In this document: one piece after another, positions 29,568 to 37,187 of the stretch
Position numbering within the stretch: the stretch's first letter is position 1
Layout: the number at the start of each line of letters is the position of its first letter
Source: an uncultured Bacteroidales bacterium
Lineage (GTDB): Bacteria; Bacteroidota; Bacteroidia; Bacteroidales; FEN-979
Direction: 5' to 3'
NCBI GenBank assembly: GCA_903887775.1
Contig: CAISRB010000032.1
Span: 24,853-88,852 of the forward strand
Length of the DNA: 64,000 nt
The notes under the pieces: generated by a model
The model's database searches: none
What the model saw: the letters and a program-made list of their open reading frames with translations, nothing else
Told to the model about the DNA's origin: nothing
Position numbers and translations under genes: made by a program

Positions 29568-30881
29568 TTATTGAACCAGGAGTTTACCGCTTACAACATC
29601 CCCTCCTGCGATTACTTTGATGAAGTAAATTCCCTTCGCATAGGAAGAAACATCAAGCGTTCCCTTAAAAGCTCCCGCCTGGACGGAGGTTTCCTCCGAA
29701 AACAGGATTTTTCCATCAATACTGACAACAAAGTAATTGATTTTCTGGTCTTTCAGTCCGGAAACGGACAGCCTGACTGATCCTTGCGCCGGATTTGGTT
29801 TTATTGAAAGCTGCAGTGACACTTTTCCCGGGTTGTCGATTCCTGTACATGGCGTGAACTGAACCTGTTTTATGACATTTACGCTGTTTACGCAAGGGCT
29901 GACGGGAGTGGCGGCAAGTGAAATACTGACAGATCCGGCAGATTTATCGCCTGTGCCGGGATAATAATAGGTGCCGGCCTGGGTGGGGTAACTAAAGGTT
30001 CCGTCCCCGCTGGTCGACCATAACAAAGAAGTGTAGCCGGTTGCACTGCCGTTCAACCAGAATATATTGGCCCAGTCACAAACAATAGTATCCCCTCCTA
30101 TGCTAACAACCGGCTTTGCCTGGACGCTCACCGTGGCCTGTGCTGAAGTACTGGCTGACCCGTCATTTACAACGACAGTGTAAACAGAATTAGTTGTTGG
30201 CTGAACAATGGGGTTTTTAGAGGTAGAAGTAAATCCCGAAGGTGATGAGGTCCACGAATAGGTATAGTTTCCTGAGCCGCCTGCCGGGTTACAGTTCAGC
30301 TGGGAATTTGAACCGTTACATATCGATGACGGAGTTGCGCTGGCTGTGACCGTAAGAGGCTGGGCAGTATTCTCCTGCACGGTTATATTTTCAATCTTAA
30401 CAACTGAAATCGTGATCGCATATGCTGCATAGAAAGTGACATTACCTGTCCCTGCAACGGGGGCCTTCCACTGGAACACCCAGACTGCCGGGTTTGTACT
30501 TATTCTTGAATTATGTGTGAGGTATTTGGTTCCCCCTCCTGATGGAAAATGGTTGTTCGTACCGGCAATCAGGGTCCCCAGCTGGGTGCCTGCTGCATTC
30601 TGGGGGGAAACCTCAAAACCTTTGTTCCCGGCTCCCGGGAGTGTTACTGTGATCTGGTAAGTACTATCGGCTTTATAACCTGCTGCAGGAATATTTGTGC
30701 TGATCATACCGCTCGTAGCAGTGGCGGATCCCCCATGGCATGAAGTGCAATTATGGCCATCACCCGGAGAGCCTGTGTAACCGGCAGGCGCACCGGATCC
30801 ATGGGCACCGCTAAAAGCTGTCAATCCTGCTACTGCGGCTGCAGATACAAATGCGAGAACAAAAAATAGTTTTAAATTCAT
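29568..30881 (-). CDS. secreted T9SS cargo protein with Reeler/DOMON-like N-terminal domain carrying a CxxCH motif
   Basis: 437 aa with a signal peptide. The N-terminal domain begins GYTGSPGDGHNCTSCHGG. Two Ig-like modules follow, and the type-A T9SS tail ends ...KGIYFIKVIAGGDVVSGKLLVQ. The family name is my recollection only. Confidence 0.7.
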   Translation of the reverse strand: MNLKLFFVLAFVSAAAVAGLTAFSGAHGSGAPAGYTGSPGDGHNCTSCHGGSATATSGMISTNIPAAGYKADSTYQITVTLPGAGNKGFEVSPQNAAGTQLGTLIAGTNNHFPSGGGTKYLTHNSRISTNPAVWVFQWKAPVAGTGNVTFYAAYAITISVVKIENITVQENTAQPLTVTASATPSSICNGSNSQLNCNPAGGSGNYTYSWTSSPSGFTSTSKNPIVQPTTNSVYTVVVNDGSASTSAQATVSVQAKPVVSIGGDTIVCDWANIFWLNGSATGYTSLLWSTSGDGTFSYPTQAGTYYYPGTGDKSAGSVSISLAATPVSPCVNSVNVIKQVQFTPCTGIDNPGKVSLQLSIKPNPAQGSVRLSVSGLKDQKINYFVVSIDGKILFSEETSVQAGAFKGTLDVSSYAKGIYFIKVIAGGDVVSGKLLVQ

Positions 30882-30954
30882 AATGAGGTTTTAGGTTAAT
30901 AAGTACAATTATACTTTTTAAAGATTGAAACTATGTTTTTTATGCAGGCCGGAC

Positions 30955-30988
30955 AATAAAAAAACCCCCCGGGTTGCCCCAGGGGGTC
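30955..30988 (-). terminator. rho-independent terminator after the 783-aa T9SS cargo gene
   Basis: The minus strand reads ACCCCC-tggggcaaccc-GGGGGGT followed by TTTTTTTATT. Confidence 0.6.
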
Positions 30989-31008
30989 GGTTCTTTATGA
31001 AGAATTTA

Positions 31009-33360
31009 TTACTGGATTATAATTTTCCCGATCTTGCTCCTGGTATCAGTTTTTACCTTCAGGATATAGCTGCCCTTTGGCAGGAATGAAAGGTTCAGGC
31101 GGTCTTTCAGACTGTTTCCGGCAGCCTGGAATGCCTGGTGGTAAACTGAATGACCCTGGAGATCGGTAACCACAACATCAGCAGTCTGATTCAGAAGATT
31201 ATCAATATTCAGGTCAAAGGTGCCGTTCGATGGATTGGGTTGAACATCGATGCTCAGATCACCGGCTTGTTGATCCAAGACACCGGTACATGGGTCGAAC
31301 TTAATGAAAACGGTATCGCCAACAACTCCATGGCAAGGTTGTAATGCCAGCACCTGGAGAACCAGTGCAACCCCATTGGCTTTATCGGAGGCCATAGGAT
31401 AATATTGTGTTACCATTGCTGAAGGATCGTCAAAATAGCCGTCGCCAAGGGTTGACCATAGGCCCAAGCTGTAGCCTGCACCGCTGCCATGAACTGTTAT
31501 CACAGGCACATAGTTGCAATACGTTGTATCGTTACCGGCATTTGCTACGGGAGCAATCTGGACCGTCACAAGCACTGAATCGACGATAGAATTGGTACCA
31601 TCGCTCACTGTTGCCTTGTATATCGTGCTGACGAGGGGATGTACCCATGGGTTTTTCTCAGTGGAAGTATAGCCGGCAGGATTGGATGTCCATGAATAAG
31701 TGTAAGTGCTGCTTCCGCCGGATGCCATTATATTAAGCTGGGAACTGTCACCAAAGCAAATAAGGCTGGGTGCCGCAGATACCGTGGCCATAAGACTGCT
31801 TCCGAATGAAAAGGCGCCTATCCTGGTTTTCCAGCCAGTGCTTGAAGTAGTCTGGTAGTACTCCTGTGTATACCAGAATTTGCCCGGTGCCGAAGGGTCT
31901 GCATTCATAGCGCTATAATCGCCCCACCTGGACCTGTTTCCACTGTATGTCTGGCAACCACTGCCGTCAACAATACTCTTTTCTCCGATTGATAATGTGT
32001 TGAGCGGATCACTTGAGGTACGGCCTGCATAGTAAACAGAAGGATATACTGAAGAACCTGACAGGGAATATCCCAGTGCAATATTATTCAAAGCGTCGAT
32101 GGCTATACTTCCCATCCAGCGGTTATTAGTATCCGGGACAAAAGTACTTTCCTGGTATTTGCTCCAGCCCGCAGGGTTGCTGCCGCTGTTGCGGAGTTCC
32201 CACCAGCGCACAGCGGCATTGCCGCCTACGTTAACTGTTGCATTACATACCATGGCCCAATGGTCGCTGAATTTCCTGAAAGGAAGGCGGAACATGAGGC
32301 GGCCGGCAATAGGATCTACCTTAGCAGTTGTTCCTTTCTGCTTGATCCCTGAAATTGATCCGCTATATGCAGAGACCGGGATATTGCAAAGCAGGGAATA
32401 GGTTGAATTTGTCGGAGTGGACCAGTCCACCTGAAAACCATAAATATTGATATTACCGGAACCCAGCCAGGCAAAAAAGTTTGGTGTTCCCGCAGGAGGA
32501 TAAACTCCGTCACAATCAGAAGGAAGCACTGAATAGGCATCGTAGGAACCGGGAAGGGTAAAGAAAACCATCTGGGCTGAATCCGACCCGGCGTACATTG
32601 ATTCTTTATCAAAAGCTGCAGCGCCGGTACCCATATAACTTGTAGAGCCTGCTGAGAACCTGTTCGTGGTCATATAAATACCATCGGGCCATACACCAAG
32701 TTTGGGATAGTCGGGCATATCTGTGAACTTGAACTGGTAACGATACCAGGAACCGGTGGGATCGCCGGTCGCGGAAACAGCAACCATCTCATAAAACGGT
32801 CCGTTGGGATAATTTGGCAGTGAAAATTGCGAAAAAATCCAACGGTCCGACGCTTCATCATACAAAACCACAGCGTCCCCGCTATTGGCGTTGTTTGGAA
32901 AGCCATTAAACATTGAACTGTTCAAGCTGGGGCCAATGAGTTTGTTCCCGGCTTTATCATAAATTGCAAAATGCAAATTGACTACCTGAAAATAATTATG
33001 AGGACCAACATCCCCATCAGTATCAGGAGGGAAAACGTTGTCGAGGTTGCCTACACCGTCAAAAGAAAGTAAAAGGCTGTCGGCAGTGCTGGTCCCTTGA
33101 TGATTCTGTATGGTGTGATCGGGGGCGTTCAATGGCATATCTTTGGGTACGCCAAAAGGATAAAGGTTATTTTTAACAATACCGTCTTTCCAGGAGTTAT
33201 CGGCTTTCTGAGGAGCCATCTTTACCATATCCCTCAGCGGCGGGGATACATCGTGGTATACACATCTTGAAACCTGGGGTTTCAAAACAGACCTGTCCTG
33301 TGCCATTGCACTTCCGAAGGTCAGGAAACAGCATATTGAAAGGGTAATGAATCTGTTCAT
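31009..33360 (-). CDS. secreted T9SS cargo protein, unknown roughly 520-aa head domain
   Basis: 783 aa with a signal peptide. I do not recognise the large N-terminal domain. The C-terminal roughly 260 aa (two Ig-like modules plus the T9SS tail ...KGSYILKVKTDTRSKIGKIIIQ) is homologous to the C-terminus of the neighbouring 437-aa protein. Confidence 0.7.
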   Translation of the reverse strand: MNRFITLSICCFLTFGSAMAQDRSVLKPQVSRCVYHDVSPPLRDMVKMAPQKADNSWKDGIVKNNLYPFGVPKDMPLNAPDHTIQNHQGTSTADSLLLSFDGVGNLDNVFPPDTDGDVGPHNYFQVVNLHFAIYDKAGNKLIGPSLNSSMFNGFPNNANSGDAVVLYDEASDRWIFSQFSLPNYPNGPFYEMVAVSATGDPTGSWYRYQFKFTDMPDYPKLGVWPDGIYMTTNRFSAGSTSYMGTGAAAFDKESMYAGSDSAQMVFFTLPGSYDAYSVLPSDCDGVYPPAGTPNFFAWLGSGNINIYGFQVDWSTPTNSTYSLLCNIPVSAYSGSISGIKQKGTTAKVDPIAGRLMFRLPFRKFSDHWAMVCNATVNVGGNAAVRWWELRNSGSNPAGWSKYQESTFVPDTNNRWMGSIAIDALNNIALGYSLSGSSVYPSVYYAGRTSSDPLNTLSIGEKSIVDGSGCQTYSGNRSRWGDYSAMNADPSAPGKFWYTQEYYQTTSSTGWKTRIGAFSFGSSLMATVSAAPSLICFGDSSQLNIMASGGSSTYTYSWTSNPAGYTSTEKNPWVHPLVSTIYKATVSDGTNSIVDSVLVTVQIAPVANAGNDTTYCNYVPVITVHGSGAGYSLGLWSTLGDGYFDDPSAMVTQYYPMASDKANGVALVLQVLALQPCHGVVGDTVFIKFDPCTGVLDQQAGDLSIDVQPNPSNGTFDLNIDNLLNQTADVVVTDLQGHSVYHQAFQAAGNSLKDRLNLSFLPKGSYILKVKTDTRSKIGKIIIQ

Positions 33361-33504
33361 GATAAGGTTTATTTTTACTGGATGGTACTTGATTTACAAT
33401 TCTTAGCCTGATATTTCAAAATACAAAAGTAGAGGAAAGTTCCGTACGTATTCACAACCGATGCGTTTTTTATCTAATTTTAGCTTCACGAAAACGACAT
33501 AACG

Positions 33505-34209
33505 ATGAACATCATAGTAACAGGAGCGGGGAAGGGTATTGGTTATGAACTGGTTAAAATACTTTGTAAACATAAACAGAACCATATCCTGGCAATTTCG
33601 CGTAAAATGAATGAGCTGAAGGAATTAGTAAGCGACTGCCATAAGCAAACACCTGAAGCAAAGATCACCCCCTACGAGTTTGACCTGAACCAGTTTGATT
33701 TTTATCCTTTTATCGCCCAAAGGATGGAAGCTATCCTTCACAAGGTTGATATCATCATTCACAACGCAGGGCGGATGGTCAACAAACCGTTTGCAAAGAT
33801 CGAACAGGGCGACTTCGACGAGGTTTACAATGTCAATATAAAAGCTCCGTTCTTTTTCACCCAGGCCTTGCTGCCGCTTATGAACAAAGGGGGTCATATC
33901 GTAATGATCAGCAGCCTCGGAGCAATACCAGGGACAAAGAAATTCGCCGGGCTTTCAGCATACAGCTCCAGTAAAGGCGCACTTGCCATCCTGAGCCAAT
34001 GCCTTGCCGAAGAAATGTCAGATATGGATATCCATGTCAACTGTCTGGCACTGGGAGGCGCCCAGACGAAAATGTTTGAAAAAGCTTTTCCGGGCGCAAA
34101 AGCTCCGCAGTCGCCTCAGCAGATGGCGGTTTTTATTGCTGATTTTGCCGTTAACGGACAGAAATATTTCAATGGGAAGGTGCTGGAGGTGGCGCTTTCG
34201 GGTACATAA
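33505..34209 (+). CDS. short-chain dehydrogenase/reductase (SDR) family oxidoreductase
   Basis: 234 aa with TGAGKGIG cofactor motif, NAG and the YSSSK catalytic motif. Confidence 0.85.
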   Translation: MNIIVTGAGKGIGYELVKILCKHKQNHILAISRKMNELKELVSDCHKQTPEAKITPYEFDLNQFDFYPFIAQRMEAILHKVDIIIHNAGRMVNKPFAKIEQGDFDEVYNVNIKAPFFFTQALLPLMNKGGHIVMISSLGAIPGTKKFAGLSAYSSSKGALAILSQCLAEEMSDMDIHVNCLALGGAQTKMFEKAFPGAKAPQSPQQMAVFIADFAVNGQKYFNGKVLEVALSGT

Positions 34210-34424
34210 ATTGAAATATCGAAGTATCAGAACCGCTCGCATCTTTGCAACGCGGCTACGGTGTCGCTTTCGGTCGCAACTTCACAACGCCGCTACGGTG
34301 TCACTTCGTTCCACCTGATGCGGCTTGTGTGAATTGCTCCCTCCGTTCCACCTGATGCCGCTTATGCAAAATGCTTCGCTCAAATAATTTCGCCACCTCG
34401 CTACCTCACTACCTCACTACCTGT
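34210..34424. repeat. composite dispersed intergenic repeat, copy B, with 4 x 8-bp CCTCRCTA tail
   Basis: It fills the SDR/hydF convergent spacer. It has two GCTACGGTGTC(G/A)C units and two TCCACCTGATGC(G/C)GCTT blocks (e.g. 34310-34326), then GCTTCGCTC. The tail cctcgcta cctcacta cctcacta cctgtcta ends at the hydF stop. Confidence 0.85.
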
Positions 34425-35654
34425 CTACAGGTAATCCCCCCTGTCCCCCATCTTCCCGGTAAACGGTGCGATAGCACGATGATAGATCCCATGCACCCAG
34501 GCAATGGCCATGCCGTAGTTCGTGACAGGTATTCCCGCATCAAGGGCCGGCTTGAGCCGGTTATGAAGCTGCTTCCTCGTAATCATGCAGCCTCCGCACT
34601 GTATTACCATCGCATAATCGGTAACTGGCCCTGGCATAGCGCCTAGTCCGGATACGACATCGAAAGAAAGGTTTTTCCCGGTGAAATTATTCAGCCACCT
34701 CGGGATTTTCACCCTTCCGATATCATCACAGGAAACATGATGTGTGCAGGATTCGAGTATGAGCACCCTGTCTCCCTGTTTCAGCCTGCTGATCTCCGGA
34801 GTGCCCTTCAGGTAATTCTCAAAATCGCCTTTCTGGCGCGCCAGCACAATACTGAAACTGGTTAAAGGGATCTCTTTCGGGACTGCTGCATCGGCTTTCG
34901 GGAAGACCTGGCTGTCGGTGATCGCCAAAACAGGCTTGGGATGCATTTTCTTTATATAGGCATCCACTTCCCTTTCCTTGCATACAACGCATATCCCATC
35001 ATGATCAAGCACATCCCTGATCACCTGAACCTGGGGCAATATCATCCGCCCCTCGGGGGCTTCAATATCAATAGGAGTAATAAGCAGAACCGTATCGCCA
35101 TACGAAATCAGGTCTCCGACAAGAGGCCTTTTCGTATAAGCCGATTCGGGCATTGTTTCATACATAATGCGGATGACATCCTCCAGCTTATCGGGCCTGA
35201 GGGAAGAAAAATCCAGAACGGGCACATTGAACCTGTCTTCCAATACTCTTGATAAATCTGTATCCAGGGCCTCCTCATCCGACTTATTGTGAATGATGAC
35301 AAACGGCAAACCAGCCTTCTGAAAATCCCTGATCAGGTTTTTCTCCGCATCTTCAAAAGTATTATGTGCAATGAGCAGGATGGCGAGGTCGACCTGGCTG
35401 AGCGCTTCCTTTGTTTTGGCAATTCTCTTTTCTCCAAGTTCTCCCTGGTCGTCAATACCGGCGGTATCGATAAGCACAACCGGACCAAGCCGGGGTATTT
35501 CAATCGACTTTTTAACAGGATCGGTCGTGGTCCCTGCAATGTCAGAAACAATGGCCACTTCATGTCCGGCAAGAGTATTGATAAGAGAGCTTTTCCCGAT
35601 GTTCCTTCGTCCAAATATTCCGATATGGGGTTTTGTGTCGCGTCCGCGTTTCAT
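34425..35654 (-). CDS. hydF: [FeFe]-hydrogenase H-cluster maturation GTPase HydF-like
   Basis: 409 aa with GTPase motifs GRRNIGKSS (G1), DTAG (G3) and NKSD (G4). The C-terminal Cys/His cluster CTHH...QCGGC is in the position of the HydF FeS-binding motif. Confidence 0.8.
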   Translation of the reverse strand: MKRGRDTKPHIGIFGRRNIGKSSLINTLAGHEVAIVSDIAGTTTDPVKKSIEIPRLGPVVLIDTAGIDDQGELGEKRIAKTKEALSQVDLAILLIAHNTFEDAEKNLIRDFQKAGLPFVIIHNKSDEEALDTDLSRVLEDRFNVPVLDFSSLRPDKLEDVIRIMYETMPESAYTKRPLVGDLISYGDTVLLITPIDIEAPEGRMILPQVQVIRDVLDHDGICVVCKEREVDAYIKKMHPKPVLAITDSQVFPKADAAVPKEIPLTSFSIVLARQKGDFENYLKGTPEISRLKQGDRVLILESCTHHVSCDDIGRVKIPRWLNNFTGKNLSFDVVSGLGAMPGPVTDYAMVIQCGGCMITRKQLHNRLKPALDAGIPVTNYGMAIAWVHGIYHRAIAPFTGKMGDRGDYL

Positions 35655-35662
35655 AGCTGACA

Positions 35663-35703
35663 GGGGTTAGGGGTTAGGGATTAGGGATTAGGGGTTGGGG
35701 GGG
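35663..35703 (+). repeat. telomere-like G-tract array (AGGGRTT heptamers), potential G-quadruplex
   Basis: GGGGTTAGGGGTTAGGGATTAGGGATTAGGGGTTGGGGGGG. It has six G-tracts of 3 or more G. It directly abuts the stop codon (35704-35706) of the aspartase-like gene and lies 8 nt from the hydF start codon. Confidence 0.9.
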
Positions 35704-37155
35704 TCACGATTCTAAGGTATATCCCATTTTCAACAGGTTCTCCGGTTTAAGAATTTCCACAAGCCTTTCCGGTTCAACAAGTTTCAGCCGGTCATTGGCT
35801 GAGATAACCGACAGGTTCTCCGATTTCATCAGCCTGGCAAGTTCAGAGGCCTTGTTATATCCTATAACGGGCAGAAGGGCTGTCGTGATCGAGGGGCTTC
35901 GCATAAGCTGTTCATGGCTGACCTCCTTGTTGACAATCAGTCCATCGAGCATGTTTTGTTTTATTGAATGATTGGCTGCAATAAGCAGTTTCAGGCTGCT
36001 GATCATGGCATGCCCGATCGATGGCAGGTATGCGTTGAGTTCAAGGCAGCCCTGGCCGCAAAGCCCCGATAGGAGCTGGTCGTTGGCATATACCTGGTGT
36101 GAACAGCTGATCACAAATTCGGGGATCACAGGGTTGACTTTACCCGGCATGATAGTGCTTCCGGTCTGCCTCGCAGGGATACTCAGAACCGGCATAGGTT
36201 TCGTAAGGTCGGAGGCCATCAGCCGGATATCAGAGGCCATTTTCTCGAGGTTCACGGCATGGGCTTTTAGAGTGGCATGGACTTCAACGAAACTGTCGAG
36301 GTTGGAGGTTGTATCTCCCATATTTTCGCTTCTGGCGACCGGCAGGCCGGTAAGTTTCTGAAGATTCGACAAAACTTCCATGATAAAAAAGCGGGGTACC
36401 GACAGGCCTGTGCCGATGGCCCCGCCTCCGAGGTTGACCAGTTTCAGCCGCTCTGAACATTTTGAGACCCTCCACCAGTCGCGCGAAAGCGCCTCACTGT
36501 ATGTGCTGAATAATTTTCCGAACGAAGAAGGAACAGCTTCCTGCATCTGGGTATATGCGATTTTAAGGGAGTTTCTGTTGCCCGATTCCAGCCGTTCAAC
36601 AACAGCTCTTGTTTCGTTAACCGAGCTCTCAAGCAAACCGAGTAGTTTAATTACGCAAACTTTCAAAGAAGTCGGGATGACATCATTGGTCGACTGAAAA
36701 ATATTGGCATGTTCAAAGGGATCGACCACAGAGTAATCACCCGGTTTCCTTCCAAGTTTGATCAAGGTTGCATTCGCGATGATCTCATTGGCATTCATAT
36801 TGATGCTGGTACCGGCTCCACCCGATACAGCCGGAACTATCCAGTGATGAAAATATAATCCCTCTGCAACTTCAGAAGCAGACATTATCAGTGCCCCGAG
36901 CAGCTCATCAGGTAAAGTTTTTATATTTTTTTCCGGGAATTTCCGGGAAGCCGCTTTAAAATAATCCCGGCAGGTTATATAACATGCCTGTTTAACAATG
37001 CCGATAGCCTCATACCACTCTCTGTGAAAGGCTGTGCGGTCAGGGAAGTTCTCCCTGGCCCGGCAGGAATGGATACCATACAGGGCTTCGGAAGGAATTT
37101 CAATTTCTCCCAGAAAATCCTGTTCTTTTCTTATTCCAGCGTTAGGTTTATTCAT
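35704..37155 (-). CDS. aspartate ammonia-lyase family protein (fumarase/aspartase superfamily)
   Basis: I chose the start at 37155 (MNKPNAGIRKEQDFLGEIEIPSEALYGIHSCRARENF) because it aligns with aspartase N-termini. The signature loop is GSTIMPGKVNP. The longer ORF-track start (37299) would overlap the divergent giant gene. Confidence 0.85.
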   Translation of the reverse strand: MNKPNAGIRKEQDFLGEIEIPSEALYGIHSCRARENFPDRTAFHREWYEAIGIVKQACYITCRDYFKAASRKFPEKNIKTLPDELLGALIMSASEVAEGLYFHHWIVPAVSGGAGTSINMNANEIIANATLIKLGRKPGDYSVVDPFEHANIFQSTNDVIPTSLKVCVIKLLGLLESSVNETRAVVERLESGNRNSLKIAYTQMQEAVPSSFGKLFSTYSEALSRDWWRVSKCSERLKLVNLGGGAIGTGLSVPRFFIMEVLSNLQKLTGLPVARSENMGDTTSNLDSFVEVHATLKAHAVNLEKMASDIRLMASDLTKPMPVLSIPARQTGSTIMPGKVNPVIPEFVISCSHQVYANDQLLSGLCGQGCLELNAYLPSIGHAMISSLKLLIAANHSIKQNMLDGLIVNKEVSHEQLMRSPSITTALLPVIGYNKASELARLMKSENLSVISANDRLKLVEPERLVEILKPENLLKMGYTLES

Positions 37156-37187
37156 ACTCCTTACCTTGTAATTTATCGTACCTTTAC

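Noticed and set aside
35663-35703. Whether the telomere-like TTAGGG-type repeat marks a chromosome or replicon end.
   Set aside because: It is internal, only 41 nt long, and sits between two intact co-directional genes. It also shares the period of 7 with the other intergenic arrays.
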